A stretch of DNA of 64,000 nt from Octopus sinensis. Lineage: Eukaryota. Position numbers and translations under genes: made by a program. Each line of letters begins with the position of its first letter. Positions within the stretch are counted from its first letter, which is position 1. The notes under the pieces are model-generated. The model searched no databases. It was not told the origin of the DNA and worked only from the letters and a program-made list of their open reading frames with translations. The stretch spans positions 372,001 through 436,000 of the forward strand of contig NW_021832531.1 of the NCBI RefSeq assembly GCF_006345805.1, in the 5' to 3' direction. This document shows positions 1 to 13,734 of the stretch, one piece after another.

Positions 1-3000
1 TGCTTTGACTTTATTATTAAAATAGGTGGAGTTCCCAGTCTCTTTTTCTTATTTTGGGAATGGCAGAATCTTCTTTGATTCAGAGTCGTATTGTTAATAT
101 TGTTGGGACTATTGCCACTTCCACTGATTTGACAAGGTTTAGAAATCCTAAATTGGTATTTCAGAACTTATCAAATGTCTCTTCGCTGTGTTGAAATTTG
201 CATATTAAACCGGCATTTGCAAGAAGAATTTCTGACTGCTCTCCACGCTATTTATGATTCGTCATCTAATCATGTTTACTCGCGTTATTATGTAAACTGG
301 CCAATGGTATTATTTCCATTTATTCCCTGTTTTATGAACGTTTAAACAAGGAGTCGGTGCTAGTCTTTATAGCAACAATGGTTTCTCGTCGGTGCATGCT
401 TGTCCAGGCAGTTCTCTCCATATTTCTAAGATTACTTCCTGCGGTTCCTCTTAACGGTTTTTTTTACTTTTATATTCTAAGTGAAACGACTTAAAAAGGG
501 ATATGAGATTGAGGCCTTCCGAACGGTGATAAATGTTTTTACGACCCTTTTTCACTGTTCTTCGTTGGATAAAAATTATATATCTTTGAATAAGCCCTAT
601 AACTCTTTGGGTGCACTTTATGACAGAATGTACACTCACTACGCACATAAAACGGTTCCATGGTGTGTGTTGTCCGGGTTTTATTATCGTATTTTTGGAA
701 TTATTGGTTATAAGACATTTAATTAAGTATATAGTTAAGATGGCGTATATTATGACATTGGACGTGTCTTTGATAAATCCAGATATAAATTCTGGGTATT
801 CTATTGGTTTGTTGATTTATCATAGAAAATTGCCTCACAGTAAAGTCATTTTTGACGAAATTTGGTTTTGGATGTGCCTGGTTATATCTCAGCCGTGGGT
901 TAAGAAAGCATTTTTGACAGATTTTTCTCCAAATGAGTTCAGATCTATTTGTCAAAAACCCGAATCATTTTCACCGGAACAGTCAATTGATATTCTACGT
1001 TTATTTTTATTTCCGGAATTGCCTCGATTTTATCCTTTGGATTCTGCATATATAACAAGGATGAATTATATTGAAGATATTTTCAATTACCTGTCCGTTT
1101 GGAATATTCCAAGGAAAACTATTTTGTTTTGTGAAATCATTGCTTCAAAGGTTAATTCCTTTCTTATGTTTTAGACTATTTCCAATGCTGACATTGTCAG
1201 TGTTTTGTTGAAGTTTATTCTAATGTCCCACGGTAGCTCCGTCGATGATGATATCTCAGAAGATGAGGAATTATGTTTTCTGAGTCTTCCTCGAAATTCA
1301 AAGTGGCTAATCCCAATTTTAATTGAAACTATTCCCGAATTGCAGGAATTAGTCATACACCAATCAAACAAATTGCTCAGCAATGAGAATTTTTGTGTTC
1401 CAGATCACTCTAGGTCTTTTGTTTTGCTAAGTTGTATAGTGATAAACCAATTCCGATGGCAGCATTCATCAATTTGATTGTATCCTGTTTACAGGCTAAT
1501 CAAATACTCCGCGAATCATTTTTGTCTGGGCTTTTGTCTCAATTTGTTAGAATAGCTGATAACTCGATGATTGTTATATTGATGCAAGTTATATCTAGAT
1601 TTGCAAATCACAGCGTAAAGAATATAAAAAGCGAGTGATGGATCCATTTCATATTAGAATGGAACTGGTATAGTCTTCTTTTATATCTGTAGCTGACCAA
1701 ATTATTTGATTACGTGATTGCCGAACAGAGTGTGGCTTGGATGGTAGTTTTGGCTCAGATTATTCTTCGTGAAATTGTTACATGTGACTTTGAAAGGTTT
1801 TGTATTTTTATTTGACTGTATACAGAGATTTATTTTTGATTGTTTATGACATGTTGGTATCTCTTGCTATTGTCGTCAGTGGTGAAGATTTGTCTTCAAT
1901 TACTGAGTTCATGAAAAAGATTTGGGTCGTCATTTTTTTTTATTTTTTAGAAAGAAATGAATAATTCTTCCGATGAGTGTAATCAACTTATAAGTCAACT
2001 TTTACCACCGGACGATCTCATGCACGATGAAATGATAATGTGCAGTTCTACCAGACATTCACTGGATTTAAAAGGAAAGAAAATTCCTTCATCTACTACT
2101 GATTTGTCGGAGGTTTTATATTTTTGTTATTTCTCAGGGATTGCATGTGTCAAATAGAATTCTTTTAAATCCTTGGGAGATAATTGAGGGTTACAAGGGC
2201 TCATTTCTGTGTGGATCACATGTGTCGCTTTTAGTCGTTGATGACTACGAGATGAAATATTTCCTTGATAATCGGTAAATATGTTTTTTCCCATTTTAGC
2301 TTACTTGGATTGCATACCCATCTCAAATATTATTCTCAGAATTTTTATAACAAAGAACTTGAGTTGGGAAAAAACGAAACTCCCTCCTCAGATAATTTTT
2401 GTCCCCAAGTTCTTATACCTTTATAATGTTAGTTGTCCAATAATTTTGTAAAATCGGGCTTTGAGTCTCCTCCGTTACGTCTTCATTCCCCCCAATCGCG
2501 TAGACGTTTTACGTGTTCATCTACAGATCTCATTGATCGTTGGAATTTGTTTAATTTTACATTTTAGAACCTGGTTTGCCTGGTATTAAGATCGCGCATC
2601 CTCGATTATCGTCGGGACATCCACAATGTGATATTGGGTATATGACCCCAGAAAACTCTCATAAAAGAGTTCGATATGACCATGAGAAGTTTCGGTCTTT
2701 CAATCAACGGTTTAAAGCTTTTTATAATTATTAGAACTCCCAATAATTATATTCCTCGGAATCCCTACTGCCCTGGACAATATAATAACCAATTTCGTTA
2801 TCCGCCAGTTTATATCCCCCCTAACCAATCAATGCTCTCTGAATTACCTCCTGACTTATACAGTACAAGTATATTTTTTATTGTTTTTGTAGATTTCGAG
2901 AATCCCCAGCAAATTTGTTCGAAGCAACGTCCATTCCGTTTTTCTCATGCTCACCCAAATTCTCAAACTCATTATTTGAACGTTCCTTCTAATCTTCCGC

Positions 3001-3262
3001 AGATGAATATGTATAACAATCCCGGTGAAGCGTCTGTGATGGATTGGGACATCCAATCCGACAATTATCCAAACAGGAGAGGATATCCTCAAGATTCATA
3101 GTTGATTGCCAAATTATCTAATAATGTTTATTTTAGTCGGGGTCAGAGAAATGATATGATTATGCCTCGTTTTATGCATCACATTCCACGTAGACCTCTT
3201 AATTCCCCGGATAACATTTCCATGGGTGTTCCGAACAAAAATAAATATCGTCGCAGTTTATA
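1..3262 (+). CDS. Uncharacterised multi-exon gene(s), 5' end outside the window: helical N-terminal part and Pro/Asn/Tyr-rich disordered C-terminus
   Basis: Successive + strand ORFs (611-1174, 1205-1477, 1432-1638, 1957-2157, 2676-3101) are separated by short GT..AG AT-rich gaps. The last exon reads ...RRPLNSPDNISMGVPNKNKYRRSL* at about 3262. No diagnostic motif; this could be more than one gene. Confidence 0.5.
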
Positions 3263-3344
3263 ATTTTTTTAATTTTATTTGTTTTGTAAATAAACATCAA
3301 TTTCATTTGTATCGTTCCTAATTTTTTGAACTCGACACTTTAAA

Positions 3345-5255
3345 TTTATTTCCAACAGTTTAGCCAATGTGTTTGATCAATTTTACTGGCAAAAATCTCC
3401 GAGAGCACCATAGAAAAGCCATAGAGTATCAATAAGAGGATCAGATACTACTCTATGCAGACATTACGCCCTCAATCAGCTGACGTAAACCTTAAAAAAT
3501 GTACATAATTAAATTGTACATCCTACCTAAAAACATAATAAATGAACTTTGACATGATAATTCCTTTTTTCAGTTCCAAATCAATTACGGAAATTTTTAG
3601 CGCTCAATCAATACGAACTCAAGAGCTTTTTCGTATAGACCTATAAGGGTTTCGGTTGAGCCATACTAACAGCATCCTTCGCACTATTTTTTCCCACCTT
3701 ACTTTATTTTTGGCTTTCATCCAAACATCATCCCCTGTGACCAATTTGCAGCCAGTTCGTCCCTAGTCATCTTTTAAGTATAGTTGGAAGTGTGTTTTTT
3801 GGTCTGGCTCGGAATCCTTTATTTCCGGCTCTGTAGAAACATTCTTTTATTATTCTGTGTTATGGCGTGTTTGAGTCCGTTCTAAGAATATGTCTAAATA
3901 ATTGCCACCTTGATTGAATAACATTAGCGCTGATTGTTTTAGATTTAACTATCGAATATTTTTCGGATTCCGGTTAACATGCGGAATTGGTTTCTTTGTG
4001 AAGTGTCTAGTTTCTCTAGATCGTTTTAAAACATGCTCATGTTCTGGAATTATATACAAATATTGGCTTGACAAACATGTCGTATAGTCGACACAAAATT
4101 TCAGTGATACATGTTTTTTTATTAGGCAAATTTGGTACATTTTTTAAATAAATGGTAGCCAGCATTTTCCTTAGACAAATAAAGATGTTATTGAATAAAA
4201 TAGAAATCGGATTTTTTTTGAATCTTCTAATACACTATTCATTTCATATAAAATTTTTAGTTACATAAAAAGTTCCTGTCTTTTAACAATAGACAATTTT
4301 TTTTTATTTTTTAAATCTAATAACGATATCTAAAAGTAAAAAGATAGCCAAGCTAATTAAAGGCCTCACGAGACACCCGGCCAGCCTCGCGAATGGCGAA
4401 GCCGTTCCCTCGGATCACAGCAATCGACAGACGTTCCAGGAGCCAAGAATACTCTCTTGGATCGTGGCTAGTCCTAGAAATCCGTCGACCGAGCGAGCGA
4501 AGGAAGCGGAGTGTCTTGAAGCGGAGTGACAATTTTTTAAGTCTGTAAATCTTGGCTCTTGACTTTTATATCTCCTTCCAATTTGAAAAATATCAATGTT
4601 CCAAAAAACTCTGGATAATTAAATCAATCATTATAAAAAAAACAAATCTCCTGGCGCTCAAACAAATTCATCAAACCATCTATCACCTATGCATAATTTA
4701 ACTTGAAAAAATAACTGATTTTCTCTGACGCCTAGTAGGAGAAACTGTCAAAAATATTAAGATTTAAAAACCTTTTCCATAAAATTCTCAACGATCTAAT
4801 GAAAGGAAAATGCACGTGATTCCTCAATAAACACATTAATAAGACTTTCCAACTGCTTTCCAAAAACTACGTTTTTCTAGCCTTTTTAATCTCAAATTTC
4901 AACGGTTTGGTCTAAAACTATGTTAGCTCCCTAGTCATCGCTAAAAGTGGAAAATTTTGAGAAAACTGACTCTTTTGTCCTAACCTCGTTGCAGAATGCA
5001 TCTGGCTGATAAGATTTTCTTTGACATGTTTAAAAAGCATTATGGAAATCTTCTAGAAACCCCAAAATGTTGCTAAAATTCGTGCAATGATTGACAATAA
5101 GTTTCATCTTTAAACAATTCTAAAATTAGCTTTTAGGAAAGCAAACTTAATCTCTGACGGGAAACATTAAACAAGTTGGATGTCCTTTTCAAAGCCACAT
5201 AAGCAAAGCATTACTTCTAACTACAACCACCGACGTTTTTCTGAAATAATGCAAT
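3345..5255 (-). CDS. Uncharacterised minus-strand multi-exon gene or genes
   Basis: Coding-like segments such as CLHRVVSDPLIDTLWLFYGALGDFCQ, GCKLVTGDDVWMKAKNK and the ORF at 3949-4140. Exon structure not resolved. Confidence 0.3.
4303..4527 (-). mobile_element. CRE-like RLE non-LTR retrotransposon, 225-bp 5'-truncated copy with A-rich tail and 11-bp TSD
   Basis: Minus translation KTLRFLRSLGRRISRTSHDPREYSWLLERLSIAVIRGNGFAIREAG matches the C-termini of the longer copies at 17671, 50116 and 59219. The direct repeat GACAATTTTTT lies at 4292-4302 and 4528-4538. Not in the ORF track. Confidence 0.85.
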
Positions 5256-5384
5256 GTTTTAAATTTCCGTTTACAATTCTTTTAATTCGAACCTGCAAAA
5301 TTGACCATTATTACTTATTATTATGTTATTAATATATTAAATATTTAATTAGTAAAAATTTTGTCTTAAAAATAATTTAATTAA

Positions 5385-6760
5385 ATGTCATTAGTGTGTT
5401 CAATGTTTGTTTTTTTTGATATTACAAAAAAATAGTTGTGAAGAAAATATTTCAAAATATACTTGCCCGAGGTGCAACATACACTACTGCGGTTCAGAAT
5501 GTTATAAATCAAAGGAACATAGCACTTGTTCTGAACAGTTTTACCAACAATGTGTTTACGATGAATTAAACTACCGTAAAAAATGGTAAATATTCGAAAT
5601 TTTTTGCAAAAATAAATTCATTTCTTTTGCAAAAATTTAAATTAGTGCAAACCCTGACTTGAGAGCGAAAACATATGATTTACTGCAAAGATTTAAGCAA
5701 GAAACATCTGAAGGTAAGATACGTTAAATTTAATAAAATTCCAGAAGAAATACCTTTTATTGACACAAATGACCTTCACGAGCGTATCGAAGGAGTTGAT
5801 CTCGGTTTATACTTTTTATAATCAATTTAGACGATGTTGAGGCCGTGTTGTCTAAGCTGACTCCAAATGAAATTAAAGAATTTGAAGATTTAATTGAAAG
5901 GGGAATTTCTTCTATCAAGTTATACACTCCATGGTGGACAAAAACTGTATTTTAATGTTTTTTTATCGAAATTAGCAATTAGTTCAAGAAACAAATTCTC
6001 CCGAGATGCCCTCAATTCTGTCCTCTATTGAGCCATTTGAGAAAATTTGCAAAGTCAAATTTTAGAATAATTTTAGAATCCTCCGTCATATGGGATTGCT
6101 TCTCAAATAGTGGCTGTCCTAACTGGGTACGTCATTTGTATTCGCCTTCATAATGGAGAACAGTCAACCTTCTCATTAGAATGTTCGAAGGTGATTTTAA
6201 TTTAGAAATGTTTTTATAGATTGTTTTTGATGGTTGTAGTCGTTTTTTGCAGCCTTTCCGGGTTGTGGAGGAAAGTGCCATTGAGTCATTTTATACGGCG
6301 TTGAATGGAATTTGTAGTTCCAATAATGACATTCATTTTTTGAAATTTCAAAAAATTGGGATAGGAAGAGACGTTCTGTCTCTGTTGGCTTTTAAGAAAA
6401 ACGTTGATTATTGTCTCAGAGCACTTTCTGATGTTTACCGGTTTGTTCAAGATGGGATTCAACAGTCAACTGGACGTGAAAAACGACATTTTTTGTCGCT
6501 TCACCGAAGAATTTATTTTTTGTTGTGCTGGACGTTGTCGTTTGGTAGAGAACAGTTAGAGAATATCAGGATTCTAGTTCAGACTGAAATAGGTTTGACA
6601 AGTTCATTTGTTTTATTTTTATTCAGATAATTTGGTTGCGGATAGTGACGAGTTCGAAAAAGAAAAAAAATATGTAGAAGAATCTTTGTGTGGAAATGGG
6701 GATCGCCGAGATAAGAAAATCAGAGATTTGTTGGGTGGATTTTTTAAAGGACGATCCTGA
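5385..6760 (+). CDS. ZNHIT2: Zinc finger HIT domain protein 2 (R2TP/U5 snRNP assembly factor)
   Basis: ATG at 5385 and a 31-nt intron give MSLVCSICEENISKYTCPRCNIHYCGSECYKSKEHSTCSEQFYQQCVYDEL (HIT Zn finger followed by the ZNHIT2-type C.E.FY...V..EL). Downstream exons end ...GGFFKGRS* at 6760. Confidence 0.8.
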
Positions 6761-6849
6761 TTAATTTTTAGTAAAATAAAACGTGCATTTCATTTTTGTT
6801 GAGCTGGTGTGAATCTTATAGTTACTTTTTCTGTTTACTTGTGTGCTAT

Positions 6850-9200
6850 AGTTAATTCAGACATACATTTAAAATAGTGAGTATAAATCCACATATTTTT
6901 GAGTCGAAATGCAATTTAGAAAAATTTTAATTTTAATATGTAAACGATTTAATACTTAGTCGTCTTCTGATAAAAATATTGTTATAAAAGAGAAAATCTC
7001 CAAAGATATTTAAATAGTATAGAAATTAAATAGATTTTTTTGAATAAAAAAATAGTTTCATGTTTTTTATTTATCTTTCTCACAAGAATGAGCTGTATTA
7101 TCTTCACTAATACATTTTTGCTAAAAGATCAAATGGTATGTATCACCTAAACGTATAATTATCAAATAAAAAGTATTTTATTTTTTTGAGATTTGTTGGT
7201 TTGTAAAAAGTCAATAACTCGCTTCTTTGAACAAAATTATTATGTATTCGAACATTCTCCTTTTTGTTCTTTTTCCATAAGGTCCATAATTTGGAAATAC
7301 ATGAAAGAGGTGTTCTAAACAAAATCCAGAAATCCCGGTATTTTTCCAGGTTATAACAGAGCTTCCGCTTACTTTGCTAAACAACGTCTCACCTTAGCGC
7401 CGTCATTCAATTTATCGTTGATTGTTTCAACAAATCGAATCTGACAGAAACCACAGTCGTTGATACAAATAATTTGTCTAATCATAAATCTAATTTTCAA
7501 ATATTGCCGATCATTGAACTTTATCTTTGACAGACCTGGTCAGACCGAAATCTATCAATAGTATTTTTGGCACCTCCAAACTGTGTTTTCAATGTTCAGT
7601 TCTATTCTTATCTGTGTAACATTACCTCAGATTTTTGATCTGTGCTTTCGTTATAATCTAGAAAAAAACAAAATGAAAGTAAATTCTTTACGAGGATTGT
7701 CAAAGTACTTCTATGGAAATTCCAAAAAATCTCATTCTAGTTTATAAACAATTCGTCAAGACTATCTTCAACAAATTCTGTCCAAGTCAGTTTATTTACT
7801 AAATAATAAAAATCCAGAAATTGCAAAACATGGATCTTCGAATAATTATCGGTCTTTTCTGTCAACCCCCACCGACCATTTTTATAGAGTTAACATTGTC
7901 CAAACACTTGAAATAAAATATTTTTTTTCTTTAAATTTAAAGAACATTCGAATACTTCCCGAAGTTAATGAGTTCTGAAAACAAAAAAAAACAACATCTC
8001 GACGTATAACAAACTTGTATAAAAATATCAAATATTATTCCCATCTACTCGTGCGATCACACTTCTTGCCCTAAAAAACTTTTTCTGATTTAAAGTAGAG
8101 CTGTATTTTTTAAAATCTTTAAGAAATTTGGACATAAACATAATAAAATAATAACGAAGTAACACTTATTGCTCGCTTTTAAGTCAGTCGAATGACCAAT
8201 AAAGCCTCAGAACTACAAAAAACATGATTTTTAACAATCTGAGAAACCACTAATTAGATAAGCGAAGTTTAATTTGACTAAAAAGTGCAGTATTGCAATT
8301 AATACTAAAAATTTTAAAACTCCTAGGTTACATAACTGACGAAAAAAACGTAACAATGGTTGTTAATATTATTTATTTCAGAACTTTTTAATTTCCCTAA
8401 CAGTCTATAAACATGCGTCCTCCATGCTTACTCAGATTTCAAAATCCTTGAGGTTCTGGTAAACAAAAACTCCTAACTATTATAGACCAGGTACTAGTAC
8501 CTGAAAATTCCGCAATCTTATTCATGATTTTCTGTTTTATCCCAATCTAATCTACTTGAGCTCAAGTTTGTTTTAAAAAGTCTAAATAAAGCTTGATAGT
8601 CAAAAGAACTCATTTATTGAGACTTGGTAAAGCTGTGGAAACCAAACTGCTTCAAGTAATGCTTTTGAAGCCTCCTCAGATTTTTCGATGGCACATTTTC
8701 TCTAAATCTGTGCTATGTGAACTCCCTATAAAACATTTCAGAATTCCATCAAAACAATATTGGCAGAGGTCTCGTTTTAAATCATTAGCTTTAATAATTT
8801 ATAAATTTAATAATTTATAATTTATGGTGCCTTAATACTTGCTGAAAGTGTGTAAAGTACCACTCCTCGATTTTTATACGCGCGTGCATCATCTCAGTTC
8901 GCCTTTTCTCTATGACCATAGACGATGTTGTTTTTGATTCCATTTTGTTTTTTGTAAATTTCAAGTTCATGAATCAAAACAGCCATTTTTCTTTGGTTGT
9001 ATTGTATTTTTTTAAACCTGGTTTTTTCAGCTGCTTGAAGAATTTTTTGGAATTTTTTACTTAATGAAATCTTTAAAAAAACAGTTTTTTTGTAAATAAT
9101 AAATAGTATGAAAGATTTAATAGTTTTTTATTTGATTCACTAATTCAAATATTTGTTCAATTTTGTAGATGTCTATTTCTTATAGAAAGAAATGGAAATA
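6850..9200 (-). CDS. Uncharacterised minus-strand multi-exon gene, head-to-head with RPL3
   Basis: Exon-like segments KCAIEKSEEASKALLEAVWFPQLYQ, NKLTWTEFVEDSLDELFIN and IITKAQIKNLSLEVPKILLIDFGLT, bounded by short GT..AG introns. Product not recognised. Confidence 0.4.
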
Positions 9201-9400
9201 TTTATTACAAATATTAAAATGAAAAAATATTTTCGTGGAGTTTTATCAAGATTTTTTAAGAACCCCAAAAATGATTAAAATTAAAAAACGAAAGACAATT
9301 CCTATTTTTATAATAATTATAATAATAATAATAGTTTTTTTATTATTAATTAATATATATAATTTAATATACCACGACATAACGTGCTCATAATTTTTTG

Positions 9401-10813
9401 ATGGTTGGTGTGTTTCTATCTTAAATATAACTTTCCGTTCCAACTTATTAAACAGTCTCATCGTAAATTCCACATACCAAGACACGGATCTCTTGCTTTT
9501 CTTCCCAGAAAGCGATGTTCAAGAACTGTAGGGAAAGTAAAAGCCTTTCCAAAGGACGACAAGACAAAGCCTGTTCATCCAACTGCATTCAGGGCTTTCA
9601 AAGCTGGAATGACTCATGTTGTCCGCCACGTAGTCAGGCCTGGATCAAGTATATATAACTCTGGACAAATATTTTTCAGAGGCTAATGACAAAGACATAG
9701 TAGAGGCTGTAACTGTCCTCGAAGCCCCACCAATGGTTGTTGTTGGAGTTGTTGGGTATATTAAAACACCGAGAGGCCTCAGACATTGTACAACAATATT
9801 TGCACATTTCTTATCGGATGAATTCCGTAGAAGATTCTACAAAAACTGGTATTTGCCAAATTGTGACTTTTTAGGTATGCGTCAAAGAAACGTGCTTTTG
9901 TGCGCTATGCTAATAAATGGAGTACTCCTGTTGGTGTGGCTAGCATTAAGAGACAATTTGAAAAAATTAAAAAGTATGCTTCAGTTGTCAGAATCATTGC
10001 ACATACGCAGGTAATATTTTATTTTAAAGTGTCTCCTGTTAGATGAGTAAGTTGAAATTGGGACAGAAAAAGTCTCATGTGATGGAGATTCAGTTAAATG
10101 GGGGAACTATTGAGGATAAAGTTGCCTGGGCTACAGAACACTTTGAAAAGGAATTGAAGATAAGTGAATTGTTTGCAGAGGGAGAAATGATTGATGTTAT
10201 TGGAGTTACCAAAGGGAAGGGGTTTCAAGGATGTATCAAGAGATGGAGGCCAAAGAAGATGCCTAGGAAGAGCAGGAAAGGTCTTAGGAAAGTTGCTTGT
10301 ATTGGAGCTTGGCATCCTGCACGAGTTTCGTATTCCGTAAGTCGTGCTGGACAAATGGGCTTCCACCACCGGACTGAGATTAATAAAAAAATATACAGGA
10401 TTGGGGATGCTATTGGCGATGATGAAAACGGAAGAGTTGCTCCGAAACAATTGACGGCCTATGATTTAACTGAAAAACATATTACTCCAATGGGAGGCTT
10501 TGTTCGTTACGGTGAAGTGAAGAATGACTATATCATGATCAAAGGATGCTGCATGGGACCACGGAAACGTACCATCACGCTTAGAAAAGTCTGATTTTAA
10601 TATATTTATAATTTAGTCTCTATTGACGCAAACCAGTAGAAGATCAAGGGAGGATGTCGATCTTAAGTTTATTGACACTTCGAGCAAATTTGGTCACGGA
10701 CGGTTCCAGACAAGTGACGAGAAGCTTAAATTTATGGTTTTTTATTACCGTTATTTTTTAAGGGTCCTCTGAAAAAACACTTGAATTCTGCTGAACCCAT
10801 TAAAACGGAATAA
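9401..10813 (+). CDS. RPL3: 60S ribosomal protein L3 (uL3)
   Basis: A single-codon ATG exon is followed by [76 protein letters not shown]-type motif and [15 protein letters not shown]. Stop at 10811-10813. Confidence 0.98.
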
Positions 10814-11427
10814 TTTTTTCTCTTATGATTGGTTTAGTTTTCTTTTGGTTTTATTTATCTTTTTGATTTTGTAAATTATTTGATACTTAATCTGAGAGCA
10901 CTTTTACGAGTAAAAAAATTTTTGTTATCTATCAATCTTAAATTAAAATAGCTTGGGTATACAACTCATATATAGTTTTGACTCAATAAAAAATTAGAAA
11001 AAATAAATATTATATTCATTAGCAAACATTCCTATACAATTATAAATTGAATCCTTTTTATTGCCAAAAAATCAAAACTAAAAAAGAAAGGAAAATCATT
11101 AACAGGGAGATAAAAAAGGCTCTTTCAGTGCTACCCAAACTATGATGATGAAACACACGTTTTCTTTAGGACCATCTGCGAGTCTTCTAGCCTTCCGTCA
11201 AGTTGTAATCCGTAAGCCAATTTTAACGCAAACGTCTTGTTTTTCCAACTATCCGATCAAGTAGTCACTCGCCTTCGTACCGAACTAACCCTCTTAATCA
11301 TATATGAGAACTGGCTGTACACAAATTCTGTACACGTAGATGTACCTCTGGACAAAATAGTTGCCTACATCAACCGTTCTACCGTGGTGGCTCATTCTAT
11401 GTCTGCTCCAGGAAAGGTTTTCAAACT

Positions 11428-12320
11428 GTGGGGAGGCGCACGGCCTCCACAACGGAGGCAGGAGAGGGGATGTAATCCGAACTCGTCTACAGTTCCCCCA
11501 CAGCGACATTTATGAGCCTGACAGATTTCAAGTCCGACACGTAAGGAGATAGCGATTTTTAGGCACTCGGAGTCAAAGAGGTTCCCAATTGAAAGAAGGG
11601 GGAAGGTATTAATCCATGCACCGCTGCCTGGGTGACAGCCTGCACGAAGGCAAGCGAGCATGTGTTGATTAAGTTTCGGAGTGAGTTCTTTGTACAAAGA
11701 ACAACATACAATCTCATCTCACTGGCGCTGGAAGTGCTCGGACTCAGCCCGCCTCGAGTCAAACCGGGCCTTCCATAAGAGACCTGCCGCGACAAAATCT
11801 GCAGACACTTTCCGTTCGGGAAGGTTTCGAAGAACGATGTCTGAGAGAGTGCGGGAGGCAGAATGAGAGGAAAGGTAAGCCGGAAGAGCCAAATCGAAAC
11901 AGGATCTGAAAATCAGATAGGAGGTCACTTCTGTGGAAACAGGGTGCACATCTTAGCGTATAAAGAACCTTAGGGGCGGAAAAGTGATTTCGTAAAAGGA
12001 AAAATGCGACATGAGGCTCGACTTTTTTAAGCCTCTTGATCATTTTAGAGAGATTCTAAATTTTTTCTGAAAATGAAGCTTCTAGAGCGGAAAGACCCAA
12101 GGGAGCCCCAAGATTGGATAGATTAGGCTTTTCGGCAATACGAACGTCTAGAAGAATATTGCGGCAAATGGAAGAGGCAGCAGAGAATAAACTTTGATGA
12201 AGGTGGATATTCACTATTTTGGATTTATTTGCATTAATGGATAGGCCAATGGCCGAGAGGGATGGAAGGATAGTCCGGAAGTCATTAAAAACCACTTCGA
12301 GAGGACCTTTGGTCATCAAA
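11428..12320 (-). mobile_element. CRE-like RLE non-LTR retrotransposon fragment (end of RT through CCHC finger), frameshifted
   Basis: EPHVAFFLLRNHFSAPK, LRAGCHPGSGAWINTFP, CRCGGTVDEFGLHPLSC. Close relative of 31920-33085. Truncated at both ends. Confidence 0.9.
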
Positions 12321-12458
12321 AACCTCTTTAATAACTTCTAATTGTAATTGAAAATTTCAAATTTACAATTTTGGAATTCAAGTTTGCATTTTATCAAAAT
12401 ATTGCATATACTAATTGTAATCATATTATGGGCAACAAGAAAAATATTATTTGTTAAA

Positions 12459-13500
12459 TTAACAATCATAAAGGTCCTCACCATGAGTAACTCGGGGATA
12501 ATATTTTTCAACCCGGCTAACAAATCCCATCAGTTTTTCTGGTGTTAAAACAGTTTTTGCGTCTCCTGCAATTTCTTTTAATATTCTTAGCCTATATTCA
12601 GAAATTGAAGAACCATCCGGAGTTTTGTTATAATTGAGAATTATTTGCATCTTTTCTCTTAGGATTTTTTACTTCTGATTTAAAAGTACTCCAGGCTAAT
12701 TCAATCGGGTTTAATAAGTAGGAATATGGAACCAGTTGTAAAGGTTTAATATTTTCTTCTTGCTCCACAACTGATTCCAATTGATTGTGAACATGAGCAT
12801 TGTCATTTATAAAAGTAGGGTCTACGAACAAAGACCTACATTCATTAATTCTTTTATCCATTCTTTATAATCTTCTTCTCTGTAAGAACCTCTTTTGCAT
12901 TGAAAATTAAGCAATGTTGAAACAGACATTGCACTTACACAATGTAAGTTAGAGCCTCTCAAATTTGGAGTCAAGACAAAAGAACGAGATTCTATTTTTG
13001 ATCGTCCTTCTTTTCTCTTACAATATAAATTAAAATTGGATTCATCGATCCAAATTAAAGTTCTTCCAGCAGACCTTGCTTTAAACAAGCAATCCAAATA
13101 ATGTATTCTTTTTTCTTTATTTTCAGATGAATTTACATTGGCTACTATTGGTCGAAAGGTTTTGAGAGAAATTAATTCCCCATCAAGCCAATTTTTTACT
13201 GTTGTAACAGACACAGAGATTGAATAATTATTTCGTATTTTTTCCACACATTCTTTCAAAGTGATCTGAGAATCAGCTCCAATCCAAATAATTAATTCAT
13301 TTATATTTATTTAATTTTTTGAATTTCTTTATTTCTTTTACCTCCTCTTGGATGTCTTTCTTTATCTTTATTTTCAATCCAATGATAAGCTGTTCTCATA
13401 TTCACTCCAAGAGAAGAACATAGAGACTGCCAATAGAACAATTAGCAATTTAACGGTTGATATAGATTTCTAAAAAGCCATTATTCTTAAGATACAACAT
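12459..13500 (-). mobile_element. IS630/Tc1-superfamily DDE transposase pseudogene
   Basis: N-terminal HTH-like GVNMRTAYHWIENKDKERHPRGG, then LIWIDESNFNL, DNAHVH...PYSYLLNPIELAWS (33 residues between the second D and E in this decayed copy). The C-terminus FVSRVEKYYPRVTHGEDL is in other frames. TIRs not found. Confidence 0.85.
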
Positions 13501-13734
13501 TTTGCTAAGGAATTTCTCTCGCAAGCATTATGATTTAATTAAATGGTAGAATTCCGGTCATTCTTATTGCATTTATATTTTTTGAAATTATCTAAATTAT
13601 TTAAAATCAATGAATCGTAGCGGCAATTAATTTGTATTGATCTCTTCTTTTATTATTCAAAAGAATAGATTTTAAACCACTTCATGTTAGCACTAGGTAT
13701 TAATCATGTTTTAATGCATTTTTGATTATGCGAA

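Noticed and set aside
3345-3900. In-frame TGA codons suggesting a variant genetic code or selenocysteine
   Set aside because: Well-conserved genes here use TGG for Trp and TGA as stop (e.g. ZNHIT2). Unresolved short introns or wrong frame choice explain the stops more simply.
4488-4502. GACCGAGCGAGCGAAG resembling the GAGC hairpin motif
   Set aside because: It is the antisense of the retrotransposon codons for FLRSLGR and is explained by coding sequence.
7530-7580. LLIDFGL as a kinase DFG motif
   Set aside because: No HRD, VAIK or APE motifs could be found in neighbouring exons, so no kinase call is made.
11128-11260. Possible C/D snoRNA (ATGATGA) downstream of RPL3
   Set aside because: No D box (CTGA) at a suitable distance and no terminal stem. 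The RPL3 introns are too short to host snoRNAs.
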